A stretch of DNA of 64,000 nucleotides. Source: Sphingobacteriales bacterium (GTDB lineage Bacteria; Bacteroidota; Bacteroidia; Chitinophagales; JADIYW01). Below the pieces are notes generated by a model. It saw only the letters and a list, made by a program, of their open reading frames with translations, had not been told where the DNA came from and did not search any database. The stretch spans positions 590,185 through 654,184 of the forward strand of contig CP064984.1 in NCBI GenBank assembly GCA_016699615.1. The letters run 5' to 3'. The position numbers were made by a program, and so were the translations under genes. Positions within the stretch are counted from its first letter, which is position 1; every line of letters starts with the position of its first letter. Below are positions 38,990 through 49,106 of this stretch, in pieces.

Positions 38990-40480
38990 TTATTTTTTAG
39001 TTACTCTAACATCAATCCTTCTGTTCTGTTGTCTTCCTTCATCTGTATCATTAGATGCTACTGGATGCTCTTGGCCATATCCTTCTGCTTTTAATCTATT
39101 TTTATCTACACCTAATTTTACTAATTCATTCATTACATTGTTTGCTCTATCAGATGATAATTTTAGATTATCTTCTGGTTTGCCAACATTGTCTGTGTAA
39201 CCACCAAGTTTTAACTCAACATTTGGGAATGCTTTTAATATTTCTGCTATGTTCTTTAATTGTACTTGAGATGATGATTTTAATGTAGCTTTTCCAGTTT
39301 CAAATAAAAGTCTATCAAAAGAAAACCATAAGTCTTTAGAAACTTGTTTATCAGAATTGATAAATTCTACTAATTTATTTTCAACACCACCAACATTTGC
39401 ACCAACAAGTTCAAAATTAGTTGGTAGTTTAAAACTAAAAGCACTGTTTGCGTCTGAAGTACCAGCATTTTCAGTTAATGCTGTTTCTGTATTTATTCCT
39501 TTTTCTGCTAAAGCAGGTTTTACTACTGTTTCATAGTATGATTTTTGTTCACTTAACCATGTTTTATATTCGCTTTCAGATACAATTCTTACTTTTTTCT
39601 TCATGTTATAATGCCCACTACCACAAAGTTGGTTACAAGTCATCACATAGTCAAACTTAGGATTATTAGTTTTTACTCTCATTTCTTCTGTGGTGATAGT
39701 TGGAGTGAACCAGAATTTTGTTGGAATACCTGGAACTGCATCCATCATTACTCTAAACTCAGGTAAATAAAAGTTATGTATTACATCAAGTGCTGCAATG
39801 TGAACTAAAACTGGTTTATTAACTGGAAGCACAATTTCATCTACAAGCATATCATCATGACTTGCTTTATTTCCCCAATTTACACCTAATTCATTATCAG
39901 GATTTACTAATGTAAAGTCTCTGATTCCTAATTTATTATCAGCACCAGGATATCTTAAAACCCAGCCAAATTGTTTTGCAGTTGCTTCAATTGTAATTGC
40001 TTCTGTTGGCGCTGGAGAAAAAATCTTTAACCATTTTTGTAAACCCATTCCAACTAATACTGTTAGTACAATTGCAGGAATAATCGTCCAAATAATTTCT
40101 AACTTATTATTATCTGAGAAAAATGTTGCTTTTCTATCTTTTCTATAGTGAAATTTATATACAAAATAGAATAATAAAAACTGTGTCACGACAAACACTA
40201 GTCCAGTAAATCCTAAAGTAATGTACATAATATCATCAATCCAAACACCTTGTTCAGATGCTGAAACTGGCAATAGTTTATCTGTACTTAATGCAGAAGC
40301 TACTACTGAGTATATTAAAGTTGCAAAACCAACAATAGACAAATACAACGCACCTTTTGAGTGATTATTCTTATCTCCATCTTTTTTGAATGTATCAATC
40401 AGTTCTGATGTTTTACTAATTTGCAAAACTACTACGAATAGTAATACAATGATTAATAGTGCTAATAATAAGGTTGACAT
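38990..40480 (-). CDS. coxB: cytochrome c oxidase subunit II (CuA) fused to a C-terminal OmpA-like peptidoglycan-binding domain
   Basis: CuA ligands DVIHNFYLPEF and CNQLCGSGHYNM (aa ~230-292). Residues ~385-496 are OmpA_C-like (FDRLLFETGKATL...GGYTDNVGKPEDNLKLSSDRANNV...NRRIDVRV). Confidence 0.85.
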   Translation of the reverse strand: MSTLLLALLIIVLLFVVVLQISKTSELIDTFKKDGDKNNHSKGALYLSIVGFATLIYSVVASALSTDKLLPVSASEQGVWIDDIMYITLGFTGLVFVVTQFLLFYFVYKFHYRKDRKATFFSDNNKLEIIWTIIPAIVLTVLVGMGLQKWLKIFSPAPTEAITIEATAKQFGWVLRYPGADNKLGIRDFTLVNPDNELGVNWGNKASHDDMLVDEIVLPVNKPVLVHIAALDVIHNFYLPEFRVMMDAVPGIPTKFWFTPTITTEEMRVKTNNPKFDYVMTCNQLCGSGHYNMKKKVRIVSESEYKTWLSEQKSYYETVVKPALAEKGINTETALTENAGTSDANSAFSFKLPTNFELVGANVGGVENKLVEFINSDKQVSKDLWFSFDRLLFETGKATLKSSSQVQLKNIAEILKAFPNVELKLGGYTDNVGKPEDNLKLSSDRANNVMNELVKLGVDKNRLKAEGYGQEHPVASNDTDEGRQQNRRIDVRVTKK

Positions 40481-40500
40481 TTTTTAAATTTGATATATTA

Positions 40501-41841
40501 TTAAATATGAAGATTATAACTTTCTTTTACGTATGGATGAGTAGAAGACTCTAGATCTGTAACTTTTGATAATGAGTACAAAGTAACAAATGCAAACAAA
40601 CTACCCATAATTAATAATGCGCCTAAACTAATTAATCCGAAGCCTCCATTTGGTACTAATGGTGGTCCAATCATTAAATAGAAATCCATCCAGTGACCTA
40701 ATATAATAACAACAGCCATAAACTTTGTAACATTTGGATTTCTTTTTGAGTTTCTTCTCATTAAGATAAAAAATGGTAAAATAAAGTTTATAACTAATGT
40801 AGCATGGAATAAAATTCCATAATTATCTAATTGTCTTCTATTAATAAAGAATGTAGTTTCTTCTGGTATGTTACCGTACCAAATTAACATATATTGAGCG
40901 AAAAACAAATAAGTCCAGAATACACTAATTGCAAACATAAGTTTTGCGATATCATGTGTGTGATTTTCATTTACTCTTGGAAGTAAGTTTTTAGATTTTA
41001 GATGATAGATTATTAATAGAACTATTGAGAACATTGTTACTGCAGCACTTGCCATAGTGTACCATGGAAATAATGTGCTATACCAATGTGGTTGAATTGA
41101 CATTGACCAGTCCCAAGTAGCAAATGTAGAGATAACGAATGCTATTAATACAATTGCAGTTGCAGAAATTGCTCTACTTTTAGAGAATAATTTCATAGAT
41201 GGATTTGAATCTTGTTGAGTTAAATTTTTCCACCATGCAAATGCAATACCACCAGCTGCTAAAACTTGAATAGCAAAGAAAGCCCAAAATCTTGGCATGT
41301 TTAGATAATCTCTTTTCATTGCTAAAATTGGATCAAACGTGTCAGAATCTTTAATGTATAAATATTCATGTGTCCATTCAAATAAATCATGTCTGAATAA
41401 CAAAAATGCTAAGAATAGAAATCCTAAGAATATAAATATGTTTCTAGATATTGCCAATGGAATTTTTTGAATTTGAATTTGCCATCCACCCCAAGCTATC
41501 GTAGCTGCAGATATGAAGAACAAAGCTGTCAATGCAATATAAAATCCGAATAAAAATAAAGAATAAAAGTTAGCTAATAACTTAGATTTTAAAGTAATTG
41601 GTTTTTCATGATGTCCACCCGAATGCGCATCTTGTCCATGTTCATCAGCGTGTACATTTTGAGCATGTGCATCAGTTGCATCATGATGTTCAGCTGCTGT
41701 TTGGTGAGTTCCATGTGCATCAGCAGATTTTGATGATTTTAATGCATTCATGCCAATTCCTAACAAAAGTATCAATACACCAATTACGAATGTAATTAAT
41801 ATTTTAGATTTCGTGCCAGATTCAAAAGTATATGTATTCAT
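40501..41841 (-). CDS. actF: Alternative Complex III subunit ActF (NrfD-like membrane subunit 2)
   Basis: 446 aa and ~10 TM helices, in the last position of the act cluster. It has a His-rich loop after TM1. Confidence 0.75.
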   Translation of the reverse strand: MNTYTFESGTKSKILITFVIGVLILLLGIGMNALKSSKSADAHGTHQTAAEHHDATDAHAQNVHADEHGQDAHSGGHHEKPITLKSKLLANFYSLFLFGFYIALTALFFISAATIAWGGWQIQIQKIPLAISRNIFIFLGFLFLAFLLFRHDLFEWTHEYLYIKDSDTFDPILAMKRDYLNMPRFWAFFAIQVLAAGGIAFAWWKNLTQQDSNPSMKLFSKSRAISATAIVLIAFVISTFATWDWSMSIQPHWYSTLFPWYTMASAAVTMFSIVLLIIYHLKSKNLLPRVNENHTHDIAKLMFAISVFWTYLFFAQYMLIWYGNIPEETTFFINRRQLDNYGILFHATLVINFILPFFILMRRNSKRNPNVTKFMAVVIILGHWMDFYLMIGPPLVPNGGFGLISLGALLIMGSLFAFVTLYSLSKVTDLESSTHPYVKESYNLHI

Positions 41842-41866
41842 TATAATTTAATAAATTATGATAAAA

Positions 41867-42469
41867 TTAATTAGTTTTAGTACTATCAGATGTTGTAGTA
41901 TTTGCTGATGCAGATGATGCACCTTGTAATGACTTAACATAAGAAATTACTAACCATCTTTCTTTGTGATTTAATTGAGAAGCATAAGAACCCATCAAAC
42001 CTTTGCCATACATTACAGAATGATACATTTGTCCTTCTGGTAAAGTTGCTAAAGCACCTGATAAATATGATGGTGGTGGTAGAAATTTACCAATTTGTAC
42101 TAAATGACCTTGTCCATCACCAGCTTCACCATGACAAATTGCACAGTTTATATTATATAATTTCTTTCCATTACCATCCATTTCTTCTTTAGTAAATGTA
42201 AAAGGGTTTTTGTTTGTAGCAGCTTGAGTATAACCTTCTGGTGTGTTTTCAAATGGATAAATATATTTTCCTAATGCAACACTACCTTTTGGTGGCAATT
42301 GATTTGTTTTGCCATCTTTAAATATTGGGTTTTCAGAACCTGCTTCGTAAGCTGTACTATGTACCATGTCAGGCATATACTCTCTACCTGGTTTTTTAGA
42401 GCTTCTAATGCAAGAAGTTAATGCCACAGCTAGGATAATAATTGATATGTATATATATTTATTTTTCAT
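41867..42469 (-). CDS. actE: Alternative Complex III subunit ActE (monoheme cytochrome c lipoprotein)
   Basis: Lipobox LTSC, a single CAICH heme motif, and a distal Met region (MYGKGLMGSY). Confidence 0.8.
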   Translation of the reverse strand: MKNKYIYISIIILAVALTSCIRSSKKPGREYMPDMVHSTAYEAGSENPIFKDGKTNQLPPKGSVALGKYIYPFENTPEGYTQAATNKNPFTFTKEEMDGNGKKLYNINCAICHGEAGDGQGHLVQIGKFLPPPSYLSGALATLPEGQMYHSVMYGKGLMGSYASQLNHKERWLVISYVKSLQGASSASANTTTSDSTKTN

Positions 42470-42471
42470 TT

Positions 42472-42993
42472 TTATATTTCTTTTTGATATACTTCAACAG
42501 CACCTTCGTTTTTTAATAAATCAGAAATAGCATTTGTATCTTGTGAGCCATCTATTTCGAAAGTAAGTGCAAACATATGATCTGTCGTTCTTTCATCTAT
42601 AATTGTTGGCTTTTTACCTGGATATAACTTACATAGGTAATAAAATGACACTACCATGCCTATTGCTGCAAATAATACTGTATGTTCAAATATAATTGGA
42701 ACGTAAGCCATTAAACCCCAATATGGTTTACCACCAAATATTGTTGGATAGTTAAAATAATTCACAAATGTAATCATAGAAAGTGCTACTGTCAGACCTG
42801 TTGCTCCAAAGAAAAATCCAGCAGTATGTAGCCTTGTCGGTTCTACATCCATTGCGTGCTCTATACCATGTACTGGGAATGGCGTAAAACAATCGGTAAT
42901 CTTGTACCCTTGTTTTCGTATGTTTTTGATTGCATGTAATAATACATCATCATCATCAAACATACCAACTAAATATTTTTTTGTATCGCTCAT
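42472..42993 (-). CDS. actD: Alternative Complex III subunit ActD (DUF3341)
   Basis: 173 aa: a soluble N-terminal domain followed by two TM helices, positioned between actC and actE. Confidence 0.8.
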   Translation of the reverse strand: MSDTKKYLVGMFDDDDVLLHAIKNIRKQGYKITDCFTPFPVHGIEHAMDVEPTRLHTAGFFFGATGLTVALSMITFVNYFNYPTIFGGKPYWGLMAYVPIIFEHTVLFAAIGMVVSFYYLCKLYPGKKPTIIDERTTDHMFALTFEIDGSQDTNAISDLLKNEGAVEVYQKEI

Positions 42994-43013
42994 AATTAAA
43001 AAGCTATAATAAT

Positions 43014-44459
43014 TTATTTATATTCTAACAATTCTTGTTCATTAACTTGTTTATATACTTCTTGTTCTTTTACCTCTTCAAGTTGTCCTTTTCTATATTG
43101 ATTCCCTGAGATTTTAAGTATAGATTTTATTTCTGCAATAGCAACAACTGGGAAGAATCTACAGAACATTAAGAATAATGTCATAAATATACCCATTGTA
43201 CCAATGTAAATTCCCATTTCTATCCATGTTGGAGAATAATACAACCAACTTGATGGTAAATAATCTCTATGTAATGATATAACTATAATCACAAATCGTT
43301 CAAACCACATACCTATGTTTACTAGTATTGACATAACAAATGTAACTTTAATACTTCTTCTGAATTTTCTAAACCAGAATACTTGTGGAGAAACTAGGTT
43401 ACAGAACATCATTGTCCAATATGCCCATGCATATGTAGAACCGAACGCTCTTGTTGCAAATTGGAATTGCTCATATTGATTAGAAGAATACCATGCTGTA
43501 AATAACTCTGTTAGATATGCAATACCTACCATTGTACCTGTAAGCAATAATATTTTATTCATTGATTCTATATGTGCTAAAGTGATATAATCTTCTAATT
43601 TCATGATATATCTAGCAATAATCATCAATGTTAATACCATTGCGAAGCCAGAGAAGATAGCACCTGCAACGAAATATGGAGGCAAAATTGTTGTATGCCA
43701 TCCTGGAATTACTGAAGTTGCGAAGTCAAAAGATACGATTGTATGTACTGATAATACTAATGGAGTAGATAAACCAGCTAAGATTAATGAAAGTGATTCC
43801 CATCTTTCCCAATGTTTTACACTACCTACCCATCCAAAACTTAATAAATTATAGAAATTCCATCTTCCTTTTGTTTTTGAACGGTCTCTTATTGTTGCGA
43901 AATCTGGAACTAAACCAGTATACCAGAATAATAATGAAACTGTGAAATAAGTAGAGATTGCAAATACGTCCCATAATAATGGAGAAGTGAAGTTTACCCA
44001 AAGTGGTCCTCTTGTATTTGGATATGGGAAGATAAACATTGCATCCCAAACTCTACCCATGTGAAATACTGGGAATAAACCAGCACAAACTACGGCAAAT
44101 ATTGTCATCGCTTCTGCAGCTCTATTCACACCTGTACGCCATTTTTGACGAAATAATAATAAGATAGCAGAGATTAGTGTACCTGCGTGACCAATACCAA
44201 TCCACCAAACGAAGTTTGTGATATCCCATGCCCAACCTACTGTTTTATTTGCACCCCAAGAACCTATACCAAAAACTACTTCCCATGCAATACAAAATAT
44301 GCCGAATGTAGCGACGATTGCAGAAACTGTAGTCCAAAATATCCATCTTGGTTGCAATTGACCTGTTGTTGAACGAACTATATCTGTGGTAATATCTTTA
44401 TAAGTCTTATTACCTGTAATTAATGGTTCTCTAAGTGGTGATTCAAAATGACTTGCCAT
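43014..44459 (-). CDS. actC: Alternative Complex III subunit ActC (NrfD/PsrC-like quinol-interacting membrane subunit)
   Basis: 481 aa and 10 TM helices. It is NrfD-like and follows actB. Confidence 0.85.
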   Translation of the reverse strand: MASHFESPLREPLITGNKTYKDITTDIVRSTTGQLQPRWIFWTTVSAIVATFGIFCIAWEVVFGIGSWGANKTVGWAWDITNFVWWIGIGHAGTLISAILLLFRQKWRTGVNRAAEAMTIFAVVCAGLFPVFHMGRVWDAMFIFPYPNTRGPLWVNFTSPLLWDVFAISTYFTVSLLFWYTGLVPDFATIRDRSKTKGRWNFYNLLSFGWVGSVKHWERWESLSLILAGLSTPLVLSVHTIVSFDFATSVIPGWHTTILPPYFVAGAIFSGFAMVLTLMIIARYIMKLEDYITLAHIESMNKILLLTGTMVGIAYLTELFTAWYSSNQYEQFQFATRAFGSTYAWAYWTMMFCNLVSPQVFWFRKFRRSIKVTFVMSILVNIGMWFERFVIIVISLHRDYLPSSWLYYSPTWIEMGIYIGTMGIFMTLFLMFCRFFPVVAIAEIKSILKISGNQYRKGQLEEVKEQEVYKQVNEQELLEYK

Positions 44460-44489
44460 ATTAGCTTTCTTATATAATTTTTATAAATA

Positions 44490-47400
44490 TTATCCTTCTT
44501 GTTCTATAAATCCTCTTTGAGGAGCTTCGTCTTTATTTCTAATTTTTGTTTGATATCCAACGTGTGCTAAGAAATGTTGTTCTTCAAATAAGAAATAATT
44601 TCTACCTGAATCAAATATCTTAGATACTTGGCTATCATTATCATTCATATCTCCAAAAACAATAGCATTTGTAGAACAAGCTGTTTGACATGCTGTTTTT
44701 ATCTCTCCATCTGCTAATTTTCTGTTCTCTTTTTTAGCATTTAATTTTCCTTCTTGTATTCTTTGAGTACAGAAGCTACATTTTTCAATTACACCTCTTG
44801 TTCTTGCTACTACATCTGGATTAAGTATCATTCTTGTTAAAGAATCAAACATATAACCTTTAGTTTCAGCACCACCCCAACCTGGTGTACCATCATTAAA
44901 CTCACCAAACATATCATTACCTTGATAGTCTAACCAGTTAAATCTTCTTACTTTGAATGGGCAGTTATTTGCACAATACCTTGTACCAATACATCTATTG
45001 TATGCCATTTGGTTAACACCTTCTGTACTGTGGTTTGTTGCATTTACTGGACAAACATTTTCACATGGTGCATTATCGCAATGTTGACACATCATTGGTT
45101 GGAAAGAAACATCTGGATTGTCTGGATTCCCATTATAGTATCTATCAATTCTTAACCAATGCATTTCTTGACTACGGAATACTTGTCTTCTACCTACAAC
45201 TGGTACGTTATTTTCAATATTACATGCAACAACACAAGCTCCACATCCAGTACATGCATTCATATCTACTGACATTCCCCAGTGATGTCCTGGGAATTTA
45301 GGTGTAGGATACATAGTAACCATATGTTTTAATATGTCTGCTCTATCCTCATTACCTGCATGATCATCTTTAATATAAGAACTTAAGTTAGTTTCTTTCA
45401 CTACCATCCCACGATATTTTAGTGGTTTGCCTGGTAATGAAACATCTTCCATTAATGAATGGTATGTTTGATTTAAACCTAGATTATATGTTTTTCCTGT
45501 TAATTCAAAAGTTGCGTTATCTAATGAATATTTGTTGTCTTTTAATACTCCATAAACATTTGCACCAACTCCTGAACCTACATTTCCTGCTTTCTCTCTT
45601 CCATATCCTAGTGCTATTGCAAGTGTATTTTGTGCTTGACCAAATTGAACAACCACAGGTAATTCAAATGATTTTCCGCTTACAGTAACTTTTGCTACAG
45701 GAACCTTTTTGTCTGAAGGCATTGCATCAATACCTTTTTCTTTTGCAAAAGTATAAGGTACTAAAATATAATTATCCCAAGTTGCTTTAGAAATTGGGTC
45801 TGGCATTTCTTGTAAGAATGGATTGTTTGCTAATTTTCCATCTCCAATTCCCACTTTCTCATAGAAAATAACTTCTAATCCTTTTGATGATTGTGGTGCA
45901 GTTATTGAAATAGTAGATGATAATGATGAACCACCAACACCTGTTGTTTTATCTACAAAACCTTTTTGTAATGCTGATGCATAATCTGTACCTGCTATAC
46001 TTGCTATTTCGCTTTGTACTAATGTGTCTATTGTTGAGTTATCACCCGACCAAGTTAATAAAGAAGCTGCTTCTTGTCTTGTATCAAATAATGTTGTAAT
46101 AGTTGGTTGTACAAAACCAAATTGACCATTTTTAGGCTCAACAACATCCCAAGACTCAAGAATATGTGAGTTTGGTGCTATATATGTACAATATTGTGCA
46201 GATTCATCAGCTCTATCTGCTGTTGAAACAGAAAGTGTTGCTTTTTGTAATGCATTTTTAAATACATCACCACTTGCAGTATCGTAAACTGGATTTGCTC
46301 CAAGAAGTATAATTCCTGAGTAAGCACCTGCTTTTAAATCAGCAACTAATGTTTTTAATTCTTCGTCATTACCTTGTTTGTAATTTAAGGTATTATTTGT
46401 GTCTATTGTAGTTCCAAAATTAGTTAAAGAAGCATTAATTCCATTAATTAATGATTGGATTTCTGCATCATTAGTTCCAGAAACAACAATACTTTTTCCT
46501 TTATTTGCTAATAATTCTTTGGCAACTTTATCAACTCCTGCATCAACCTCTTTGTTAATACTTTTTGCAGCTGCAACGCTTCCGCCAATTTTGTTATATA
46601 GATTAATTAATGCTTGTTTTTCTTCAGAAGGTTTAATTGGGTATTTGTAGTCTGCACTTGCTCCAGTAATTGTCATTGTTGATTGGAACTGGAAATGTTT
46701 AGACATTTTAGGATTACTTTTTGAAGGAACTCTATTAACTACATATTTTGATGAGTTTTCAACTGGGTTCATCCAAGTACCTAAGAAATCACAATTAAAA
46801 CCTACAATTACATCTGCTTTATCAAATTGATATGTTGGAATAATTCCACCAGATGCTTTTCTAATTGCATATTGAGATATTGCGTCGTAAGCAACTACAG
46901 TAGTATTAGGATATGTAGTTTTAAATTTTTCAATAGCTTTTTTAGTAATTGTAGATAATACTGTATTGGTAACTATAACTACTTTTTCATTACTATTTTT
47001 AATTTTATCTAATTTCTCAACAATTTCTGCATCAAATTCTTTCCACCCAGCTTTCTCATTTTTTCTTAATGGATTGTGTAATCTAGTTACATCATACAAT
47101 CCAAGTAACATTGCTTGAGCTCTTGCATTTGTACCACCATTTGCTGTTGAGCTAGGATTACCTTCTACTTTAATAGGTCTTCCTTCTCTATTTTTAACCA
47201 AAACACTGCAAAATTCACCTGAATCGAAATATGATGTAGCAAAATACTCTGCAACACCTGGAACTATTTCAGGCATTTGATTTCTTAAATCAAATGTATA
47301 TGGAATTGCATGTTTTACTGGAATTTGACATGCTGATGCAACAGCAGCTATAGAAACACTAAAGCCCATTGCTTTAAGAAAATCTCTCCTACTGTGTTCA

Positions 47401-47516
47401 TTTCCTGTTTCTTCCACATTGTCTTCAACATTATTGAACTCATTGGTCACTTTTTCTATATAAGCTGGAGTATTGTTTAATTCCTCTAAGCTAGTCCAAT
47501 ATTTTTTATTACTCAT
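44490..47516 (-). CDS. actB: Alternative Complex III subunit ActB (molybdopterin-like + 4Fe-4S ferredoxin fusion)
   Basis: Tat signal SRRDFLKAMG and a large MopB-like N-terminal part. The C-terminal part has several Cys clusters (CTGCGACVVAC, CQHCDNAPC, CIGTRYCANNC, CSFC). Confidence 0.9.
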   Translation of the reverse strand: MSNKKYWTSLEELNNTPAYIEKVTNEFNNVEDNVEETGNEHSRRDFLKAMGFSVSIAAVASACQIPVKHAIPYTFDLRNQMPEIVPGVAEYFATSYFDSGEFCSVLVKNREGRPIKVEGNPSSTANGGTNARAQAMLLGLYDVTRLHNPLRKNEKAGWKEFDAEIVEKLDKIKNSNEKVVIVTNTVLSTITKKAIEKFKTTYPNTTVVAYDAISQYAIRKASGGIIPTYQFDKADVIVGFNCDFLGTWMNPVENSSKYVVNRVPSKSNPKMSKHFQFQSTMTITGASADYKYPIKPSEEKQALINLYNKIGGSVAAAKSINKEVDAGVDKVAKELLANKGKSIVVSGTNDAEIQSLINGINASLTNFGTTIDTNNTLNYKQGNDEELKTLVADLKAGAYSGIILLGANPVYDTASGDVFKNALQKATLSVSTADRADESAQYCTYIAPNSHILESWDVVEPKNGQFGFVQPTITTLFDTRQEAASLLTWSGDNSTIDTLVQSEIASIAGTDYASALQKGFVDKTTGVGGSSLSSTISITAPQSSKGLEVIFYEKVGIGDGKLANNPFLQEMPDPISKATWDNYILVPYTFAKEKGIDAMPSDKKVPVAKVTVSGKSFELPVVVQFGQAQNTLAIALGYGREKAGNVGSGVGANVYGVLKDNKYSLDNATFELTGKTYNLGLNQTYHSLMEDVSLPGKPLKYRGMVVKETNLSSYIKDDHAGNEDRADILKHMVTMYPTPKFPGHHWGMSVDMNACTGCGACVVACNIENNVPVVGRRQVFRSQEMHWLRIDRYYNGNPDNPDVSFQPMMCQHCDNAPCENVCPVNATNHSTEGVNQMAYNRCIGTRYCANNCPFKVRRFNWLDYQGNDMFGEFNDGTPGWGGAETKGYMFDSLTRMILNPDVVARTRGVIEKCSFCTQRIQEGKLNAKKENRKLADGEIKTACQTACSTNAIVFGDMNDNDSQVSKIFDSGRNYFLFEEQHFLAHVGYQTKIRNKDEAPQRGFIEQEG

Positions 47517-47547
47517 TTATATTGATATTAATAGCGTTCTAAAATAA

Positions 47548-48840
47548 TTAATAATGACATTTTTGGCATTCAGTTCCACCTATATCTTCTACAGTTACAT
47601 CTGCACGTTTGCCTTTTTTAATCTCATCGTGATATTTTTCAAATACTGAATAATAGTTATTATCAGCGAATTGTACTTTTGTTTCTCTGTGGCAATTGAT
47701 ACACCATCCCATTGATAATGGCGCAAATTGTTCTACAACTTCCATTTCTTCAATCTTTCCATGGCAAGTTTGACATTCAATTTTACCTACTTTCACGTGT
47801 TGAGAATGGTTAAAATATACGTGGTCAGGTAGGTTGTGAATTTTTACCCATTCTATATTTTTAGGTGCTCTCACAAATTTACCTTCATCTGGATCCCAAC
47901 CTGAATATGCATATATTTTCTTAATTTCATCTTTTCCGTATTTTGGTCCTTCTTGAACATATTTATGACAGTTCATACATATTTGTGTTCCTGGAATACT
48001 TGCATGTTTACTTTTTTCAACTCCTGTGTGGCAATATTGACATTCAATTTTATTTTGGCCAACGTGAAGTGCATGTGAGAACCTAATTGGTTGTTCTGGT
48101 GCGTATCCTTGAGAACGACCTAAATCAATAGCACCTTTTGCAATATTAAAAATCAATAAGATTACTACTATTATGATAGCAATTGAAGTTAATTTTTTGA
48201 TTGCTGGTTTGAAAGAAGTTTCTGATACTGTTTCACCTTTTGATTCACTTACAACTCTATTAAGTTTATTTGTTATATTGAACAATACAACTGCTAATAC
48301 TAGTAGTAATACAAATAATCCTATTAATATTACATTTGAGTTTGATTTTGTTTCTGTTGTTCCTGCAGTATCGCCTGTTGCTGTAGTTGCTGCTCCGCCA
48401 GCTGGTGCGCCTGGATCTATACCTGCTTGTTTTCCTTTAACATAAATAAATATATTTTTTATCTGGTCATCAGATAAAGTTGGGAAAGCTTGCATTACGC
48501 TCTTAGCATTGTCATTAAATATCTTATTTGCATAAGGATGTCCAGATTTGATTAATGATTGTGAGTTTTTTACCCAAGCAATTAAGTTTTCTTCGGTATC
48601 CCATCTGCTCCAAACATCAGCTAATGCTGGACCAATCACTTTTCTATCTACTGCGTGGCAAGCTGTACAGTTAGCTTTAAATACATCCATTCCTTCCTTT
48701 GCTTTCTCCATCATAGCTGCATCATCAGCTTTAAGGTCTGGCACTGTTACAGCAGCTTTTAAGCTAATATTTACAGAAAAGAATAATGCAATTAATACTA
48801 CAAAGCTGTAAATTTTTTGAATATTATTTTTAAGCATCAC
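47548..48840 (-). CDS. actA: Alternative Complex III subunit ActA (class-I cytochrome c domain + TM + pentaheme domain)
   Basis: Six CxxCH motifs: CTACH (N-terminal class-I domain), then CQYCH, CMNCH, CQTCH, CINCH, CQKCH. There is a signal peptide and a central TM helix. Confidence 0.85.
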   Translation of the reverse strand: MMLKNNIQKIYSFVVLIALFFSVNISLKAAVTVPDLKADDAAMMEKAKEGMDVFKANCTACHAVDRKVIGPALADVWSRWDTEENLIAWVKNSQSLIKSGHPYANKIFNDNAKSVMQAFPTLSDDQIKNIFIYVKGKQAGIDPGAPAGGAATTATGDTAGTTETKSNSNVILIGLFVLLLVLAVVLFNITNKLNRVVSESKGETVSETSFKPAIKKLTSIAIIIVVILLIFNIAKGAIDLGRSQGYAPEQPIRFSHALHVGQNKIECQYCHTGVEKSKHASIPGTQICMNCHKYVQEGPKYGKDEIKKIYAYSGWDPDEGKFVRAPKNIEWVKIHNLPDHVYFNHSQHVKVGKIECQTCHGKIEEMEVVEQFAPLSMGWCINCHRETKVQFADNNYYSVFEKYHDEIKKGKRADVTVEDIGGTECQKCHY

Positions 48841-49106
48841 AAAAAGGCGTTTAATTTTATTGTGGGCAAATATAATATCTGTTAGTTAAAATATGTAATT
48901 TTTTGTGAATTTTATTTTATTTAGAATAGATACAAATAGTAATAAGTTATTGAAGTATAATCGTTTAGAAGTATAGCTAAATTTAGTTTTGAAAGAATTT
49001 AATAAATGCTTAACAAGTGTTTAAAAAATATTGAATGCTAATAGATAATTAGTTGAATAAAGATTAATTTCTAATTATATTCTATAATTTTGTCAAAAAT
49101 TTTATT

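Noticed and set aside
41598-41795. A plus-strand ORF encoding a His/Val-rich peptide (MVFHDVHPNAHLVHVHQRVHFEHVHQLHH...).
   Set aside because: It is the reverse-complement image of the His-rich (CAT/CAC) loop of ActF and has no independent support.
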